This document shows, one piece after another, positions 48,082 to 58,594 of a stretch of 64,000 bases of DNA. The stretch's first letter is position 1; each line of letters starts with the position of its first letter. The DNA lies in assembly GCA_016177405.1 (NCBI GenBank), contig JACOVG010000024.1, positions 7,079-71,078 of the forward strand, in the 5' to 3' direction. The stretch is from Candidatus Omnitrophota bacterium. GTDB lineage: Bacteria > Omnitrophota > Gorgyraeia > 1-14-0-20-64-10. The notes under the pieces were generated by a model, which saw only the letters and a program-made list of their open reading frames with translations, did not search any database and was not told the origin of the DNA. The translations under genes and the position numbers were made by a program.

Positions 48082-49019
48082 GGGAAACCGAGGTCGTCGA
48101 TTCGCCTGGCGGGGTTATGCTGGAGCCGGAACCTGGATTCGTGGAGACTCTGAACATTAAGCGCTTGACCGAACGGGCTCTTTCGTACTTGAAGGCCGGC
48201 TACCCGGTTCACTTCAGCGGCCCCGCCGGGGTGGGCAAGACCACGCTGGCGATGCATCTGGCCAGAACCTTAGGGCGCCCCGCTTGTTTTATGGTGGGTG
48301 ATGATGAGTTCGGCTCCTCGGACCTGGTGGGTGGCCAGTGCGGCTACCGACGCAAGAAGGTGGTGGATCGCTTCATTCATTCGGTCCTGAAGATGGAAGA
48401 TGATGTGACCTCTCGCTGGGTGGATGCGCGCCTTACCGAGGCCTGCAAGAATGGTCTCACCCTGATCTACGATGAATTCAACCGCTCCCGCCCTGAAGCC
48501 AACAACGTTCTTCTTTCCGTCTTGGAGGAAGGGGTAATGACCATGCCGCCGGCCAGCGGTGAAGCTAAAGAGGCGTATCTGGAGGTTCATCCCAGCTTCC
48601 GCGCCATCTTCACCTCTAACCCGGAGGAGTACGCCGGGGTCCATAAAACGCAGGATGCCCTTCGGGACCGGCTGGTGACGATTGAGCTTTTCCACTATGA
48701 TGAAGAGACGGAGATTGCCATCACGATGTCCCGGACGAAACTCACTCGACCAGAGGCGGCCAAGATCGTGAAACTGGTTCGTGCCATACGGCAGAAGGGC
48801 CCCTCCAAGGCGTCTCCCACCATCCGGGCCTGCATCATCATTGGCAAGGTGGCCAAGCTTCGCAAGGCCAGGATCGATCGCCGGGATGAGCGTTTTAGAG
48901 AGATCTGCGGGGACGTTTTGGCCTCAACGAATCACGCAGGGCGGAACGGTTCAGGGCTGAAACAGAAGCTGGGGCAGTCTCGACAGCTCGTTGAACGTCT
49001 TCTTCGCCGCCACTGCTAA
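48078..49019 (+). CDS. gvpN: Gas vesicle AAA+ ATPase GvpN (copy 1)
   Basis: HFSGPAGVGKT, LIYDEFNRSRPEANNVLL and TSNPEEYAGVHKTQDALRDR. Confidence 0.95.
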   Translation: MRETEVVDSPGGVMLEPEPGFVETLNIKRLTERALSYLKAGYPVHFSGPAGVGKTTLAMHLARTLGRPACFMVGDDEFGSSDLVGGQCGYRRKKVVDRFIHSVLKMEDDVTSRWVDARLTEACKNGLTLIYDEFNRSRPEANNVLLSVLEEGVMTMPPASGEAKEAYLEVHPSFRAIFTSNPEEYAGVHKTQDALRDRLVTIELFHYDEETEIAITMSRTKLTRPEAAKIVKLVRAIRQKGPSKASPTIRACIIIGKVAKLRKARIDRRDERFREICGDVLASTNHAGRNGSGLKQKLGQSRQLVERLLRRHC

Positions 49020-49035
49020 TTCAAGGAGATGATGG

Positions 49036-49590
49036 ATGCCTAAGGAACCTAAGGAGAAGTCGAAGAAACCAGGGGGCGAGGAGCCTGTGGAGTTGGACTT
49101 TGGGTTGGGCAAGCTAAGCCTCGGCGGGCTCTTCAAGGGTTTGGGGCAGCTCGTTGACCTTGCCAGCACCCTTCAGGAAAAAGCCGGGGAGATCAAGAAG
49201 GAAGGGACTTTCAAGGCAGGCCAAGTCGGCGGAAAGGAGATCAAAGGGATCTACGGCTTCTCCATCCGGACTCTGGCAGGCGGCAAGCCGGTGGTGGAAA
49301 CCTTTGGGAATGTGGTCAAGAAGACTCCAAAAGGGCCCGTGGTGGAGGAGGTGCGGGAGCCGCTGACAGATCTGTTTGACGAAAAAGACCGGATCAAGAT
49401 CATCGCGGAGCTTCCGGGGGTAACCGAAGCCGAGGTTAAGACGGAGCTAAAAGGGGACATCCTGACGATTGCCAGCACCGGCGAAAAGAAGTACACCAAG
49501 GAGGTTCTTTTGCCGGCTAAGGTCAAGCCGGAGAGCCTTGAGGTCACTTACCGGAACGGTATCTTGGAGATCGAGCTGGAGAAGGCCTAA
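49036..49590 (+). CDS. Hsp20/alpha-crystallin family protein (GvpH-like, archaeal Hsp20-type)
   Basis: REPLTDLFDE...IIAELPGV...YRNGILEIEL. Confidence 0.85.
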   Translation: MPKEPKEKSKKPGGEEPVELDFGLGKLSLGGLFKGLGQLVDLASTLQEKAGEIKKEGTFKAGQVGGKEIKGIYGFSIRTLAGGKPVVETFGNVVKKTPKGPVVEEVREPLTDLFDEKDRIKIIAELPGVTEAEVKTELKGDILTIASTGEKKYTKEVLLPAKVKPESLEVTYRNGILEIELEKA

Positions 49591-49657
49591 ATGGCGTTAG
49601 AAGCCCAAAATTTTTTTACTTGGAAGGTGCGAAAATGCACAGCACAAGCGAGCGACC

Positions 49658-51787
49658 ATGACCGAGCCGCGATCAACAGTTCGTGAACCGCGAACGCTGA
49701 CCGTCCGAGTGAAGGAGGCCCGGGCTCAAGATGTGGGGCGTGGAATTGCCCGGGTGGATCCGAAGGAGATGGAAAGGCTTGGGTGCGTCGTTGGAGACCT
49801 CGTCGAGTTGGAGGGCAAGCGCCATACGGTGGCCAAATTGATGCCGGCGTATCCGGAAGATCGAGGCCAAGGAATCATCCAGATCGACGGGCTTGTCCGA
49901 GACAACGCCAAGGTGGGCCTGGACGAGAAGATCAAGATCCAAAGGTGTGAATGGAAGCTGGCTGAAAAGATTGTCCTCGCCCCCCTGACCCTCACGCGCG
50001 CTTCATCTGGCGACGAGCGATACCTGGGATCTCTCCTGACTGGCCTGCCGCTTGTGGAAGGGGATCGCGTTCGCGCCACCTTGATCGGCACGCAAACCCG
50101 CGAATTCCAGGTCGCGGCGACCTTTCCTAAGGGAGTCGTGGTGATCCAGGCCTCCACGAAGGTTGAGCTGGAGTCCCGGGAGCCCACCGAGGCCGGTGAA
50201 GCGGTCAAGATCTCTTATGAGGACATCGGAGGCTTGGGTTCCCAGATCCAAAGGATTCGGGAAATGATCGAGCTTCCCTTGAGATACCCGGAGGTCTTCG
50301 AGCGGTTGGGGATCGAGCCGCCCAAAGGGGTGCTCCTTCATGGGCCGCCGGGTACCGGCAAGACCCTCATCGCACGGGCGGTCGCCAATGAAACGGAAGC
50401 TTATTTTACCCACATCAGCGGTCCGGAGATCATGGGCAAATTTTACGGGGAGTCTGAAGGGAGACTCCGGGCTGTCTTTGAGGAGGCCCAGGAACACGCC
50501 CCAGCCATTTTGTTCATTGACGAGATCGATGCCATCGCCCCCAAGCGGGAGGAGATGGGGGGTGAGCGCCAGGTGGAACGCCGGGTCGTGGCGCAGCTTT
50601 TGGCGTTGATGGATGGCTTGGAGTCCCGGGGCAAGCTCATCGTCATCGGGGCCACCAACCTACCCAATCTTCTGGATCCAGCCCTAAGGCGGCCCGGCCG
50701 GTTTGATCGGGAGATCGCCATCCCGATCCCGGATAAGAAGGCGCGTCTGGAGGTCCTCCAGATCCACACCCGCGGCATGCCTTTGGCCAAGGACGTGGAT
50801 CTGGAGAAGCTGTCCGCTATTACCCATGGTTTCGTTGGGGCGGATCTGGCCGCCCTGGCCCGAGAGGCGGCGATGGCCTGTTTAAGAGGACTGTTGCCTT
50901 CGATCAACTTCGATTTGTCCGAGATTCCCTATGAAACCCTCATGAAACTGGAGGTCACCCAGGAGCATTTCCTCTCCGCTCTTCGGGAGGTGGAGCCTTC
51001 CGCGATCCGGGAGGTGTTCGTGGAAACACCGGATGTCACCTGGGAGGATGTCGGTGGTTTGGAGGAAATGAAGGAGGAGCTCAAGAAGGCGGTGGAGTGG
51101 CCCTTGAGACATGAGGCCCTTTTCACGCAGGCGAAGGCCAGGCCCCCCAAGGGAATTTTGTTTCATGGTCCGCCGGGCACCGGGAAAACCCTCCTGGCCA
51201 AAGCGCTGGCTCATGAATCCCAAGTGAACTTCATTTCGGTCAAGGGGCCAGAGCTCATCAGCAAATTCGTTGGGGAGTCGGAGCGAGGAGTCCGGGAGGT
51301 CTTCAAAAAAGCCAAGCAGGCGGCCCCCACGATCCTGTTTTTCGATGAGATCGACTCCCTGGTTCCCCGGCGAGGGACAGGAGACTCTTCCATGGTCACC
51401 GAGCGGGTGATCAGCCAGTTCTTGACCGAGCTGGATGGGTTGGAGGAGCTCAAGGGGGTCCTGGTCTTGGCCGCCACCAATCGGATGGATCTGGTGGATC
51501 CAGCCCTTCTGCGTCCCGGGCGGTTCGATCTCATCTTGGAGATGCCGTTGCCGGATCTCAAGGCCAGGCAGGCGATCTTAAAGGTACACCTGAAGGCCAA
51601 GCCCTTAGGCAACGATGTGGACATCGGCTTGCTGGCCAAGCAGACCGAGGGAGCCAGCGGCGCCGAGATCGAAAACCTTTGCCGCCGAGCCGCCATGGAA
51701 GCGATTCGGGAATGCGTCGAATCGCAAAAGGGAGAGCCAAAGAGGTTGAAGATCGAGAGGAAGCACTTTGAAAATTCTCCTCATTGA
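49658..51787 (+). CDS. CDC48/VCP-family AAA+ ATPase
   Basis: N-domain ([10 protein letters not shown]), D1 [14 protein letters not shown] and D2 [14 protein letters not shown]. Confidence 0.95.
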   Translation: MTEPRSTVREPRTLTVRVKEARAQDVGRGIARVDPKEMERLGCVVGDLVELEGKRHTVAKLMPAYPEDRGQGIIQIDGLVRDNAKVGLDEKIKIQRCEWKLAEKIVLAPLTLTRASSGDERYLGSLLTGLPLVEGDRVRATLIGTQTREFQVAATFPKGVVVIQASTKVELESREPTEAGEAVKISYEDIGGLGSQIQRIREMIELPLRYPEVFERLGIEPPKGVLLHGPPGTGKTLIARAVANETEAYFTHISGPEIMGKFYGESEGRLRAVFEEAQEHAPAILFIDEIDAIAPKREEMGGERQVERRVVAQLLALMDGLESRGKLIVIGATNLPNLLDPALRRPGRFDREIAIPIPDKKARLEVLQIHTRGMPLAKDVDLEKLSAITHGFVGADLAALAREAAMACLRGLLPSINFDLSEIPYETLMKLEVTQEHFLSALREVEPSAIREVFVETPDVTWEDVGGLEEMKEELKKAVEWPLRHEALFTQAKARPPKGILFHGPPGTGKTLLAKALAHESQVNFISVKGPELISKFVGESERGVREVFKKAKQAAPTILFFDEIDSLVPRRGTGDSSMVTERVISQFLTELDGLEELKGVLVLAATNRMDLVDPALLRPGRFDLILEMPLPDLKARQAILKVHLKAKPLGNDVDIGLLAKQTEGASGAEIENLCRRAAMEAIRECVESQKGEPKRLKIERKHFENSPH

Positions 51788-52316
51788 GGCAGACCCCCTC
51801 TTGAGGGGTTTCTGGACGGAGGTTTTCAAGAAGGAGGGATTTCAAATTTCCTTAGCCGAGGATGAAACGCAGGCCCGTGAGCAGATAGACTTAAACGGCC
51901 CGGATCTTGTCTTTCTGGGCAGCAACATGGAAGGAGCTCATGGGGTCCACCTCATGACAGAGCTTAAGTCAGAACCCTTCGCCTTGGCCCAAGGTAAACT
52001 CCGCGACCTGATCGTTGTGGCTCCGCTGAATACCTCCAGCCTCCGCCAGAAGCTTCAGGCAGCCAGAGAGCAGGGGGCCGCGTTCCCTCGGATTGATGTG
52101 GAACGGATGACCTACGCCGTCAAGGAGGCGTTGGGTCTTCGAGAGGCCTCCCTCTTTGGCGATCTGTCCATCCATGAGATGGAACGCCAGATGATCGGGG
52201 AGGCATTAAAGCGTTCGAGAGGAAATCAGACACGGGCAGCCCGCCTTCTGGGGATTAGCCGATTTGCCCTTCGGAATCGACTGAAGAAATATCAGTTGGA
52301 GGAAGCACCACGATGA
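51768..52316 (+). CDS. Pseudo-receiver fused to Fis-type HTH, lacking an AAA+ domain
   Basis: KILLIE...LVFLG (phospho-Asp replaced) and [24 protein letters not shown]. Confidence 0.7.
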   Translation: MKILLIEADPLLRGFWTEVFKKEGFQISLAEDETQAREQIDLNGPDLVFLGSNMEGAHGVHLMTELKSEPFALAQGKLRDLIVVAPLNTSSLRQKLQAAREQGAAFPRIDVERMTYAVKEALGLREASLFGDLSIHEMERQMIGEALKRSRGNQTRAARLLGISRFALRNRLKKYQLEEAPR

Positions 52317-53344
52317 GCGGTCTCTACATTTACGGAATCATGCGGGAAGAGGACCTGGCAAGGGTTGATCCAGCGGCCCTTTTCCCTGAAAAGAAGATAT
52401 TGACGGTGGTCAAGGACAACTTTGGCGCTGTGGCCGTGTCGACCCAGGAGGAGATTTTTAGGGCGACTCAAGAAGGGCTTCTTGGCCACTTCGAGGTTCT
52501 CTCAAAGCTGATGAACGTGGGGCCGGTTTTTCCGATCCGGTTCGGAACGGTAGCCAAAACGGAAGAAGATGCGCGCCATCTCCTTGGCTCCCTCTTAAAT
52601 CTCATTGATCCAGTTCTCGATCACCTGAATGGGAAAGTGGAGTTCGACGTGGAGGCCCGCTGGAACCCCCAGGTGGCTTATTCCAAGATTGCCTTGGCCG
52701 ATCCAAAGATCAAGGCGTTTAAGGAGCGCGTCGCCAACCAGGGCACTCCGCCTTCGATGGGGGACCGTTTGGCCGTTGGGAAATTGGTGGCCGAGGCGGT
52801 CACAAACCAAGCGGAATTGTACCGCCAACAGATCAAGGAGGCACTTCGCGAGGTAGCCTTAGAGTCCGCACCGCTTCCGGTGGGGAGGGACAAGGATCTC
52901 TTTATGAACATGGCTTTTTTCGTTGGAGAGACGCAAACAGAAGCCTTCGAGAAGAAACTCTATTTCCTTGGGGAATCTTTCCAGGATGCCGTCCATTTCA
53001 AGTATGCAGGGCCCTTGCCCCCCTACAGCTTCACCGGCTGCGAAATTGCCGCGGTCACGCCGGCGATGCTGGAAGAAGTCAGGCAAACCCTGGGGTTGGG
53101 GGAAAGGTTTACCCGGGAGGAGTTTACCAACCAGTACCGGAGATTATCACTGGCTTGGCATCCCGACCGAAACGCGGGAGATCCCTCGGCTACCGAACGC
53201 TTCAAGCGGCTGTTGACAGCCGGAGCGCTTCTGGAGCGTTTCTTCGCGCAGTGCAAAGGGGAGTTTGTGAAGAGCGCCCTGCCGGACACGATCTTTCTTG
53301 TGGCAAAAGAGTTCGGCCGCAAGGAACATCTGGAATGGGCGTAA
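52313..53344 (+). CDS. GvpF/GvpL family protein fused to a C-terminal J-domain
   Basis: LYIYGI, PIRFGT and GPLPPYSF, then YRRLSLAWHPDRN...ERFK. Confidence 0.88.
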   Translation: MSGLYIYGIMREEDLARVDPAALFPEKKILTVVKDNFGAVAVSTQEEIFRATQEGLLGHFEVLSKLMNVGPVFPIRFGTVAKTEEDARHLLGSLLNLIDPVLDHLNGKVEFDVEARWNPQVAYSKIALADPKIKAFKERVANQGTPPSMGDRLAVGKLVAEAVTNQAELYRQQIKEALREVALESAPLPVGRDKDLFMNMAFFVGETQTEAFEKKLYFLGESFQDAVHFKYAGPLPPYSFTGCEIAAVTPAMLEEVRQTLGLGERFTREEFTNQYRRLSLAWHPDRNAGDPSATERFKRLLTAGALLERFFAQCKGEFVKSALPDTIFLVAKEFGRKEHLEWA

Positions 53345-53346
53345 CC

Positions 53347-54102
53347 ATGAATGGAGAAGGGCGCTATCTCTATGGAATCATCGAGTCGGCCAAGCGGATC
53401 GAATTTGGGCCGGTGGGATTGCCGGGAGGCGATCCCATGGTCTACACGATACACCATCGGGACCTGGGCGCCTGCGTCAGCGGCTACCCTCCGCAAAGGG
53501 AGATCAGGGCGGATGCCGAGCACTGTCTGGCCCATGAGCGGGTTCTGGAGGCGATCATGCAGCGCTTCACCATCCTTCCCTTTGAGTTTGGGACCGTGGC
53601 GCCTACGGAGGCCGAGGTGGTGAAGCTTCTGTCTCGCCATCGAAACGGTATCAAGCTGGCTTTAAGGCGCCTCCATGGACGGGTGGAGGTGGGGGTGAAG
53701 GCCTTCTGGAAAAGTCTGCAAGCCGCCGCTTTAGAAGTGGCAAAGGAGCATACGGCGATTGCCCGCTATCGCCGGGAGATTGCCTCCAAGCCCCCGGAGG
53801 AGACCTACCAGGACCGGATTCAGCTCGGCGAGATGGTGGCCGTTGCGTTAGGCGAGAAGCGCAAGCGGGAAGCCAACAGTCTCGCGGGGACCCTGAAGCG
53901 AGTTGCAGCCGATGTAAGCCAGGGCGCCACTGTCGGAGACACGATGGTTTTAAATGCAGCCTTCTTAATTCGAAAGGCCGACTTCCCCAGATTTGAACAG
54001 ACCCTAAAGGCTTTGGGGAAACGCCTGGATGGACGGCTGGACTTCAAGTACAGCGGTCCGTTGCCCCCCTACAGTTTTACCGGGTTGAGTCTACGGGTGT
54101 GA
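53347..54102 (+). CDS. GvpF/GvpL family protein
   Basis: YLYGII, LAHERVLE, LPFEFGT and GPLPPYSF. Confidence 0.9.
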   Translation: MNGEGRYLYGIIESAKRIEFGPVGLPGGDPMVYTIHHRDLGACVSGYPPQREIRADAEHCLAHERVLEAIMQRFTILPFEFGTVAPTEAEVVKLLSRHRNGIKLALRRLHGRVEVGVKAFWKSLQAAALEVAKEHTAIARYRREIASKPPEETYQDRIQLGEMVAVALGEKRKREANSLAGTLKRVAADVSQGATVGDTMVLNAAFLIRKADFPRFEQTLKALGKRLDGRLDFKYSGPLPPYSFTGLSLRV

Positions 54103-54103
54103 G

Positions 54104-54889
54104 ATGAGAGCCAGCGGTAAGTACCTCTACTGTGTGATCCAAGCGGAGAAACCTCAAGAATTTGGGCCGCTGGGGATCGGGGGAAGGGAAGACCCCCTGA
54201 CCACGGTGCATTGGCAGAACTTGGCCTGTGTGGTGAGCGCCTCTGTTTTGGATGACTACCCGGTCAGCCGAGAATACACCATGGCGCATCATCGGGCCAT
54301 TGAAGCGGTACGCAAGCATTTCCCGGCCCTGCTGCCGGTTTGCTTTAACACCATTGCCAAGACAGAGCAATCCATCATTGAAAAGGTCCTTCGGCCAAGA
54401 TATCAGGAATTCCTGGACCTCCTCGATTGGGTCAAGGATAAGGATGAGATCGGCGTCAAAACCTACTGGCGGGCCCAGGAACCGGTTTTTAAGAAGATCC
54501 TGGAAGAGCAACCGGGGATTCGGGCTTTGAGGGATGAACTGGCGAAGCGTCCTCCGGCGGCCCGATATTACGAGCAGATCGATCTGGGCAAACAGATCGA
54601 GGCGGCCCTGAAGAGTTACCGGGAGCGGGAGGGAAGACGGGTCGTGGAGTTCCTTAAGATCCATGCGGCGGAGGCGCGGCAGGATCCGGTTTACGGTGAC
54701 AAATGGATCCTGAACGCATCCTTCCTTGTAAACAAGTCGAAGGTCGCGGAGTTCGTTCAGGCGCTCGAGACATTGGGCGCTCAATCGGACGGCAATCTGG
54801 TCTTCAAATACACCCCCGATGGTGCCCCGTTCCATTTTGTGGAGGTACGTATCACCTGGGGAGAGGAAGCCCATGTTCCTCATCGATGA
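54104..54889 (+). CDS. gvpF: GvpF/GvpL family protein
   Basis: GKYLYCVI...FGPLGIGG, AHHRAIE, ILNASFLV and PFHFV. Confidence 0.85.
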   Translation: MRASGKYLYCVIQAEKPQEFGPLGIGGREDPLTTVHWQNLACVVSASVLDDYPVSREYTMAHHRAIEAVRKHFPALLPVCFNTIAKTEQSIIEKVLRPRYQEFLDLLDWVKDKDEIGVKTYWRAQEPVFKKILEEQPGIRALRDELAKRPPAARYYEQIDLGKQIEAALKSYREREGRRVVEFLKIHAAEARQDPVYGDKWILNASFLVNKSKVAEFVQALETLGAQSDGNLVFKYTPDGAPFHFVEVRITWGEEAHVPHR

Positions 54890-55124
54890 CATCCTGATGT
54901 CTCCGGTGAACTTCACCGTCTGGCTTGCGGAGAGGGTCAAGGAGCAAGCCGAGAAGCAACTTTACGATGTGGAGGCCCTAAAGGCAGCCCTGGAGGAACT
55001 CCGGGAGCAGCACGATTCGGGTGAGTTGAGCAACCAGGAATTCGAACGAAGGGAAGACCGGCTCTTGAAAACCCTGCAGGAAGCCAGGGAGCGTCAAAAA
55101 GCCAAGACGGAAGGGGAGGTTTAG
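54873..55124 (+). CDS. gvpG: Gas vesicle protein GvpG
   Basis: MFLIDDIL.SP...GELS..EF..RED.LL. Confidence 0.88.
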   Translation: MFLIDDILMSPVNFTVWLAERVKEQAEKQLYDVEALKAALEELREQHDSGELSNQEFERREDRLLKTLQEARERQKAKTEGEV

Positions 55125-55129
55125 GGCCG

Positions 55130-55933
55130 ATGGGAGAGCTTGTGCAGTTGTATGGGTTTGTGGAGTACGGGGGAGGGGATTTTCGATTCCCAGCCAGCCA
55201 TCTCTTTCTCATTCCATACCTGGACATTGCCTGCTTGGCCCGCCGCGTCTCCGAGGAAGAGTTTGCCCAAGGGGCGCTTCAAGAGCGTCTGAAAGATACG
55301 AAGTGGCTTAAGGTGCAGTTGATGGAGCAAGAAGAGGCCTTAGAACGGATCATGAAGGCCTGTACCGTTGTTCCGCTCAAATGGGGGGCTCTTTTTCGTA
55401 CGGTGGAGGCTGCCCAGGGGATGCTCAAGGAGCGCTACGAGACGGTTCGGGAATTGCTGAAGAAGCTTAAGGGTCGTGAGGAGTGGACGGTCCGGGCCTC
55501 CGTGGATCGAGGACGGTTGCAAGAGGCGGCTGCGCTTGAAGACCCTGAAATTCAGCGGCTTAGGGCGACCATCGAGAAGATGCCGCCGGGTACCGCGTAC
55601 CTGCTTACCGAGCGGCTGAAGCTCCTGACGGAAGAAGTTGGCCAGCGAACGATTGATGCGATGCTCCAAGAGTTCTTTGCTCATATGATGAGATACGCTG
55701 AAGCTTCGACAACTGCCGAGCCGGTCCGTGGCGCCGACGATCCGGAAGACAAGGAGCTGATCTTCCAGATGGCCTTCCTGGTGCCCCAGGAGAGGGTGCC
55801 TGGATTTACCCAAGCGGTCCTCCAGGAAGCGCGCCAGCGGCACGCCCAGGGCTTTGAGATTCAGCAGGTGGGCCCATTTCCGCCATACTACTTCTGCAAT
55901 TTGGAGCTTAAGGGAGCGCAAGCGCATGACTGA
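55130..55933 (+). CDS. GvpL/GvpF family protein
   Basis: VVPLKWGALF, GREEW, GTAYL and GPFPPYYF. Confidence 0.88.
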   Translation: MGELVQLYGFVEYGGGDFRFPASHLFLIPYLDIACLARRVSEEEFAQGALQERLKDTKWLKVQLMEQEEALERIMKACTVVPLKWGALFRTVEAAQGMLKERYETVRELLKKLKGREEWTVRASVDRGRLQEAAALEDPEIQRLRATIEKMPPGTAYLLTERLKLLTEEVGQRTIDAMLQEFFAHMMRYAEASTTAEPVRGADDPEDKELIFQMAFLVPQERVPGFTQAVLQEARQRHAQGFEIQQVGPFPPYYFCNLELKGAQAHD

Positions 55934-56597
55934 AATTGCGGTCCAGATTCCGCAGGGAGTCCAGAGAAGGGCCACGTTGCTTGACCTGTTGGATCGGGTT
56001 TTGGGCAAGGGGGTGGTGGCCTACGGGGACATCGTGTTGTCCATTGCCGATCTGGATCTGGTGTATCTCAACCTGCGGGCGGTCCTTTCCTCCATCGGCG
56101 CGCTGGAGAGTAAAAACGGCGGATCGCGGTTCGTGGATGGCGGATCGAAGATTCCGGTTGTTTCCGATGGGGTCCCTGAACTTGCGGTGGAAGGCGAACG
56201 GAGGCAGACCCGTAGGTTTTTGGAGGAAGTCGAAACTCTAAGGGAGGCAGCCTCTCAACTCTTGCCGGCCGACGACACCCTTACAGACAGGCCTCTTTTG
56301 GGTGGAACATCTGCCCTCCCTGAAAGCCGCAAGGCAGGTAAGCTGGAGCTGAATCCGCAGAAAACGGCGCAGGGACTGGCGAAGCTGGCCATGACACTCA
56401 TCCATCTTCTGCGAAAGCTGATGGAACGGCAGGCCATTCGGCGAATGGAGGCGGGGACCCTTAACCCAGAGCAGTTGGAGCGGGCCGGTCAGGCCTTCCA
56501 GCAGTTGGACGATCAAATCAAAGAGCTTTGTAAGCAATTCGACCTCAAGGAGGAAGACCTGAATCTCGACCTTGGACCCTTGGGGAAGGTCGTTTAG
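55926..56597 (+). CDS. gvpK: GvpA/J/S-family domain fused to GvpK
   Basis: TLLDLLDRVLGKGVV.GDIVLSIA N-terminus; GLAKL..TL..LLRKLMERQAIRRME...LNLDLGPLG C-terminus. Confidence 0.88.
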   Translation: MTEIAVQIPQGVQRRATLLDLLDRVLGKGVVAYGDIVLSIADLDLVYLNLRAVLSSIGALESKNGGSRFVDGGSKIPVVSDGVPELAVEGERRQTRRFLEEVETLREAASQLLPADDTLTDRPLLGGTSALPESRKAGKLELNPQKTAQGLAKLAMTLIHLLRKLMERQAIRRMEAGTLNPEQLERAGQAFQQLDDQIKELCKQFDLKEEDLNLDLGPLGKVV

Positions 56598-56607
56598 GGA
56601 GGCACCT

Positions 56608-56925
56608 ATGGCAGAGCAAGAAGTGATCCATGCGTTGCAGCCGGCCGGCTTGGCCGACATCTTGGAGAGGGTCCTGGATAAAGGGGTCGTCATTGTCGGA
56701 GACATCAAGGTCAAGCTCGTTGATGTGGAGCTTCTGACCATCAAGATCCGGTTGCTCATCTCTTCGGTGGAACGGGCCAAAGAGATCGGGATCGACTGGT
56801 GGACATCCGATTTTGAGCTTTCCTCCAAGGCGAAACAACTCCATGAGGAGAACCGGCTGTTGCGGGATCGACTGGACCGGATTGAAGCAGCGCTTAAATC
56901 AACGGAAAGAAGGAAGGGCGGTTGA
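56608..56925 (+). CDS. gvpJ: Gas vesicle protein GvpJ
   Basis: LADILERVLDKGVVIVGDI...ELLTIKIRLL..SVERAKEIGIDWW. Confidence 0.9.
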   Translation: MAEQEVIHALQPAGLADILERVLDKGVVIVGDIKVKLVDVELLTIKIRLLISSVERAKEIGIDWWTSDFELSSKAKQLHEENRLLRDRLDRIEAALKSTERRKGG

Positions 56926-56954
56926 TCAAAAGTGAATGAGAGGAGGAAAAAACC

Positions 56955-57215
56955 ATGGCGGACATGATTGTGCTGGCGGAAAAAGCCAAGACAAAACTGG
57001 AGCGGGTGACAGGTCTGAAGGCCTCCAGTGTCATTGGGGTGGCCCAGGAGGAGGGGGGGCAATGGATGGTGACCCTGGAGTTGATCGAGAAAAAATCCAT
57101 TCCCGACTCCATGGACATCTTGGGTACGTATGAGGTCAAGATGGATGAAGCTGGCGACGTCCTCGACTTTGCGCGAACCAGGCTTCGCAAGCGGGGCGAT
57201 ACCATTGAGGCGTGA
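56955..57215 (+). CDS. gvpO: Gas vesicle protein GvpO/GvpR
   Basis: W.V.LE.IE...IPDS.D.LG.YEV..D..G.....R.R...RG. Confidence 0.88.
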   Translation: MADMIVLAEKAKTKLERVTGLKASSVIGVAQEEGGQWMVTLELIEKKSIPDSMDILGTYEVKMDEAGDVLDFARTRLRKRGDTIEA

Positions 57216-58150
57216 CGATGACCCAGACCAGTAACACAGAGTCCCAGAGCGTTCTCGAACCGATCGCTGATCCAGGTTTTGTTCTCACTCCCTATGTGAA
57301 ACAGTTGGCCGACTTTGCGTTGACGTATCTGAAGGCGGATCTACCGGTTCATTTCTCCGGTCCGGCCGGAACCGGCAAGACAGCGCTGGCCCTGTATGTG
57401 GCGGCTCAACGAAAGCGCCCCATTGTCCTGATGCACGGGGATGAGGAGTTCAAGACGGCTGACCTCGTGGGTGCCGAGTACGGCTTTCGGTTAAAAAGAA
57501 CACGAGATCAGTACATCCACTCCGTCACTAAGCTTGAGGAAGATGTGGTCAAGCGCTGGACGGACAATCGCCTGACCGTGGCCTGCAAGTACGGCTTTAC
57601 CCTCATTTACGATGAGTTTACCCGCTCTCGTCCGGAGGCCAACAATGTCTTGTTGGCCATCCTGGAGGAAAAGATGCTGGATTTGCCCCCGGCGGGCGGC
57701 GATGAGAATTACCTCCAGGTGCACCCGGAGTTCCGCGCGATCTTTGCCTCCAACCCCGCCGAGTATGCCGGTGTCTACACCGCTCAAGATGCCCTCCGGA
57801 ATCGCTTGGTGACCATTGATATGGGGTACTTCGATGAAGAAACCGAGGCGGCTATTGTCAAAAGCCGCGCGGGGATAACGGAGGCGGATGCGAAGAAAGT
57901 CGTGAAGCTCGTGCGGGCCTTCCGGAAGGAAGGGGAAGGAATCTACAAATATGCCCCAACGGTCCGAGAGGCAGTCAAGATTGCCCGGGCCCTGAAGGTG
58001 AGGAAGCTCAAGCCTTCCAAGAGGGATCCTTTTTTCCGCGTTGTTTGCCTCCATGTCTTGACGAACGAGGTGCATCCCGTGGATCTCAAGCAGACCAAGT
58101 CTACGAAGTGCGGGCAGCTTCTGTTCAAACTCATCAACCGATACGGGTAA
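57212..58150 (+). CDS. gvpN: Gas vesicle AAA+ ATPase GvpN (copy 2)
   Basis: HFSGPAGTGKT, NRLTVACKYGFTLIYDEFTRSRPEANNVLL and SNPAEYAGV. Confidence 0.95.
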   Translation: MTMTQTSNTESQSVLEPIADPGFVLTPYVKQLADFALTYLKADLPVHFSGPAGTGKTALALYVAAQRKRPIVLMHGDEEFKTADLVGAEYGFRLKRTRDQYIHSVTKLEEDVVKRWTDNRLTVACKYGFTLIYDEFTRSRPEANNVLLAILEEKMLDLPPAGGDENYLQVHPEFRAIFASNPAEYAGVYTAQDALRNRLVTIDMGYFDEETEAAIVKSRAGITEADAKKVVKLVRAFRKEGEGIYKYAPTVREAVKIARALKVRKLKPSKRDPFFRVVCLHVLTNEVHPVDLKQTKSTKCGQLLFKLINRYG

Positions 58151-58159
58151 GGGGAATCG

Positions 58160-58579
58160 ATGCGTTGGCGATCGGCGCGTTTAAGCCAGTACCTAAGCGA
58201 TGGGATTTTCTATAGGGAAGGGGTCGCCGTCCTCAAACGGGAAGAAGGACAAGCGACCATCCGTTGCGGCTTCTGCCAGGGAAACGGCCACTACTCCCGT
58301 GGGGCAACTTGTCCAAGCTGCAGCGGCCGAGGCACGCATGTGATGGTGGAACCTATTGTGCGCTGCGGTTACTGCCAAGGGGCAGGGAAGGCGGAGCTTC
58401 GCACCGGTACCACCTGTCCTTCTTGCCGCGGCCGAGGGGCCCACGCGGTGGTTGAGCCATTCGTCACTTGCTCAACTTGCCATGGGAATGGCCGCAAAGA
58501 CAGGAGCCGGCTTTCTTGCCATAGCTGTTCCGGCAAGGGGGTTGTCGCTGGTGTCGATGGCGAGAAAATAGGAGGCTGA
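58160..58579 (+). CDS. Stand-alone DnaJ-type zinc-finger protein
   Basis: Six CxxCxGxG repeats. Confidence 0.8.
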   Translation: MRWRSARLSQYLSDGIFYREGVAVLKREEGQATIRCGFCQGNGHYSRGATCPSCSGRGTHVMVEPIVRCGYCQGAGKAELRTGTTCPSCRGRGAHAVVEPFVTCSTCHGNGRKDRSRLSCHSCSGKGVVAGVDGEKIGG

Positions 58580-58594
58580 AGAAGGAGGGTATTG

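Noticed and set aside
51056-51448. GLEE occurrences in CDC48
   Set aside because: They are ordinary AAA+ sequence contexts (DVGGLEE, LDGLEE), not linkers
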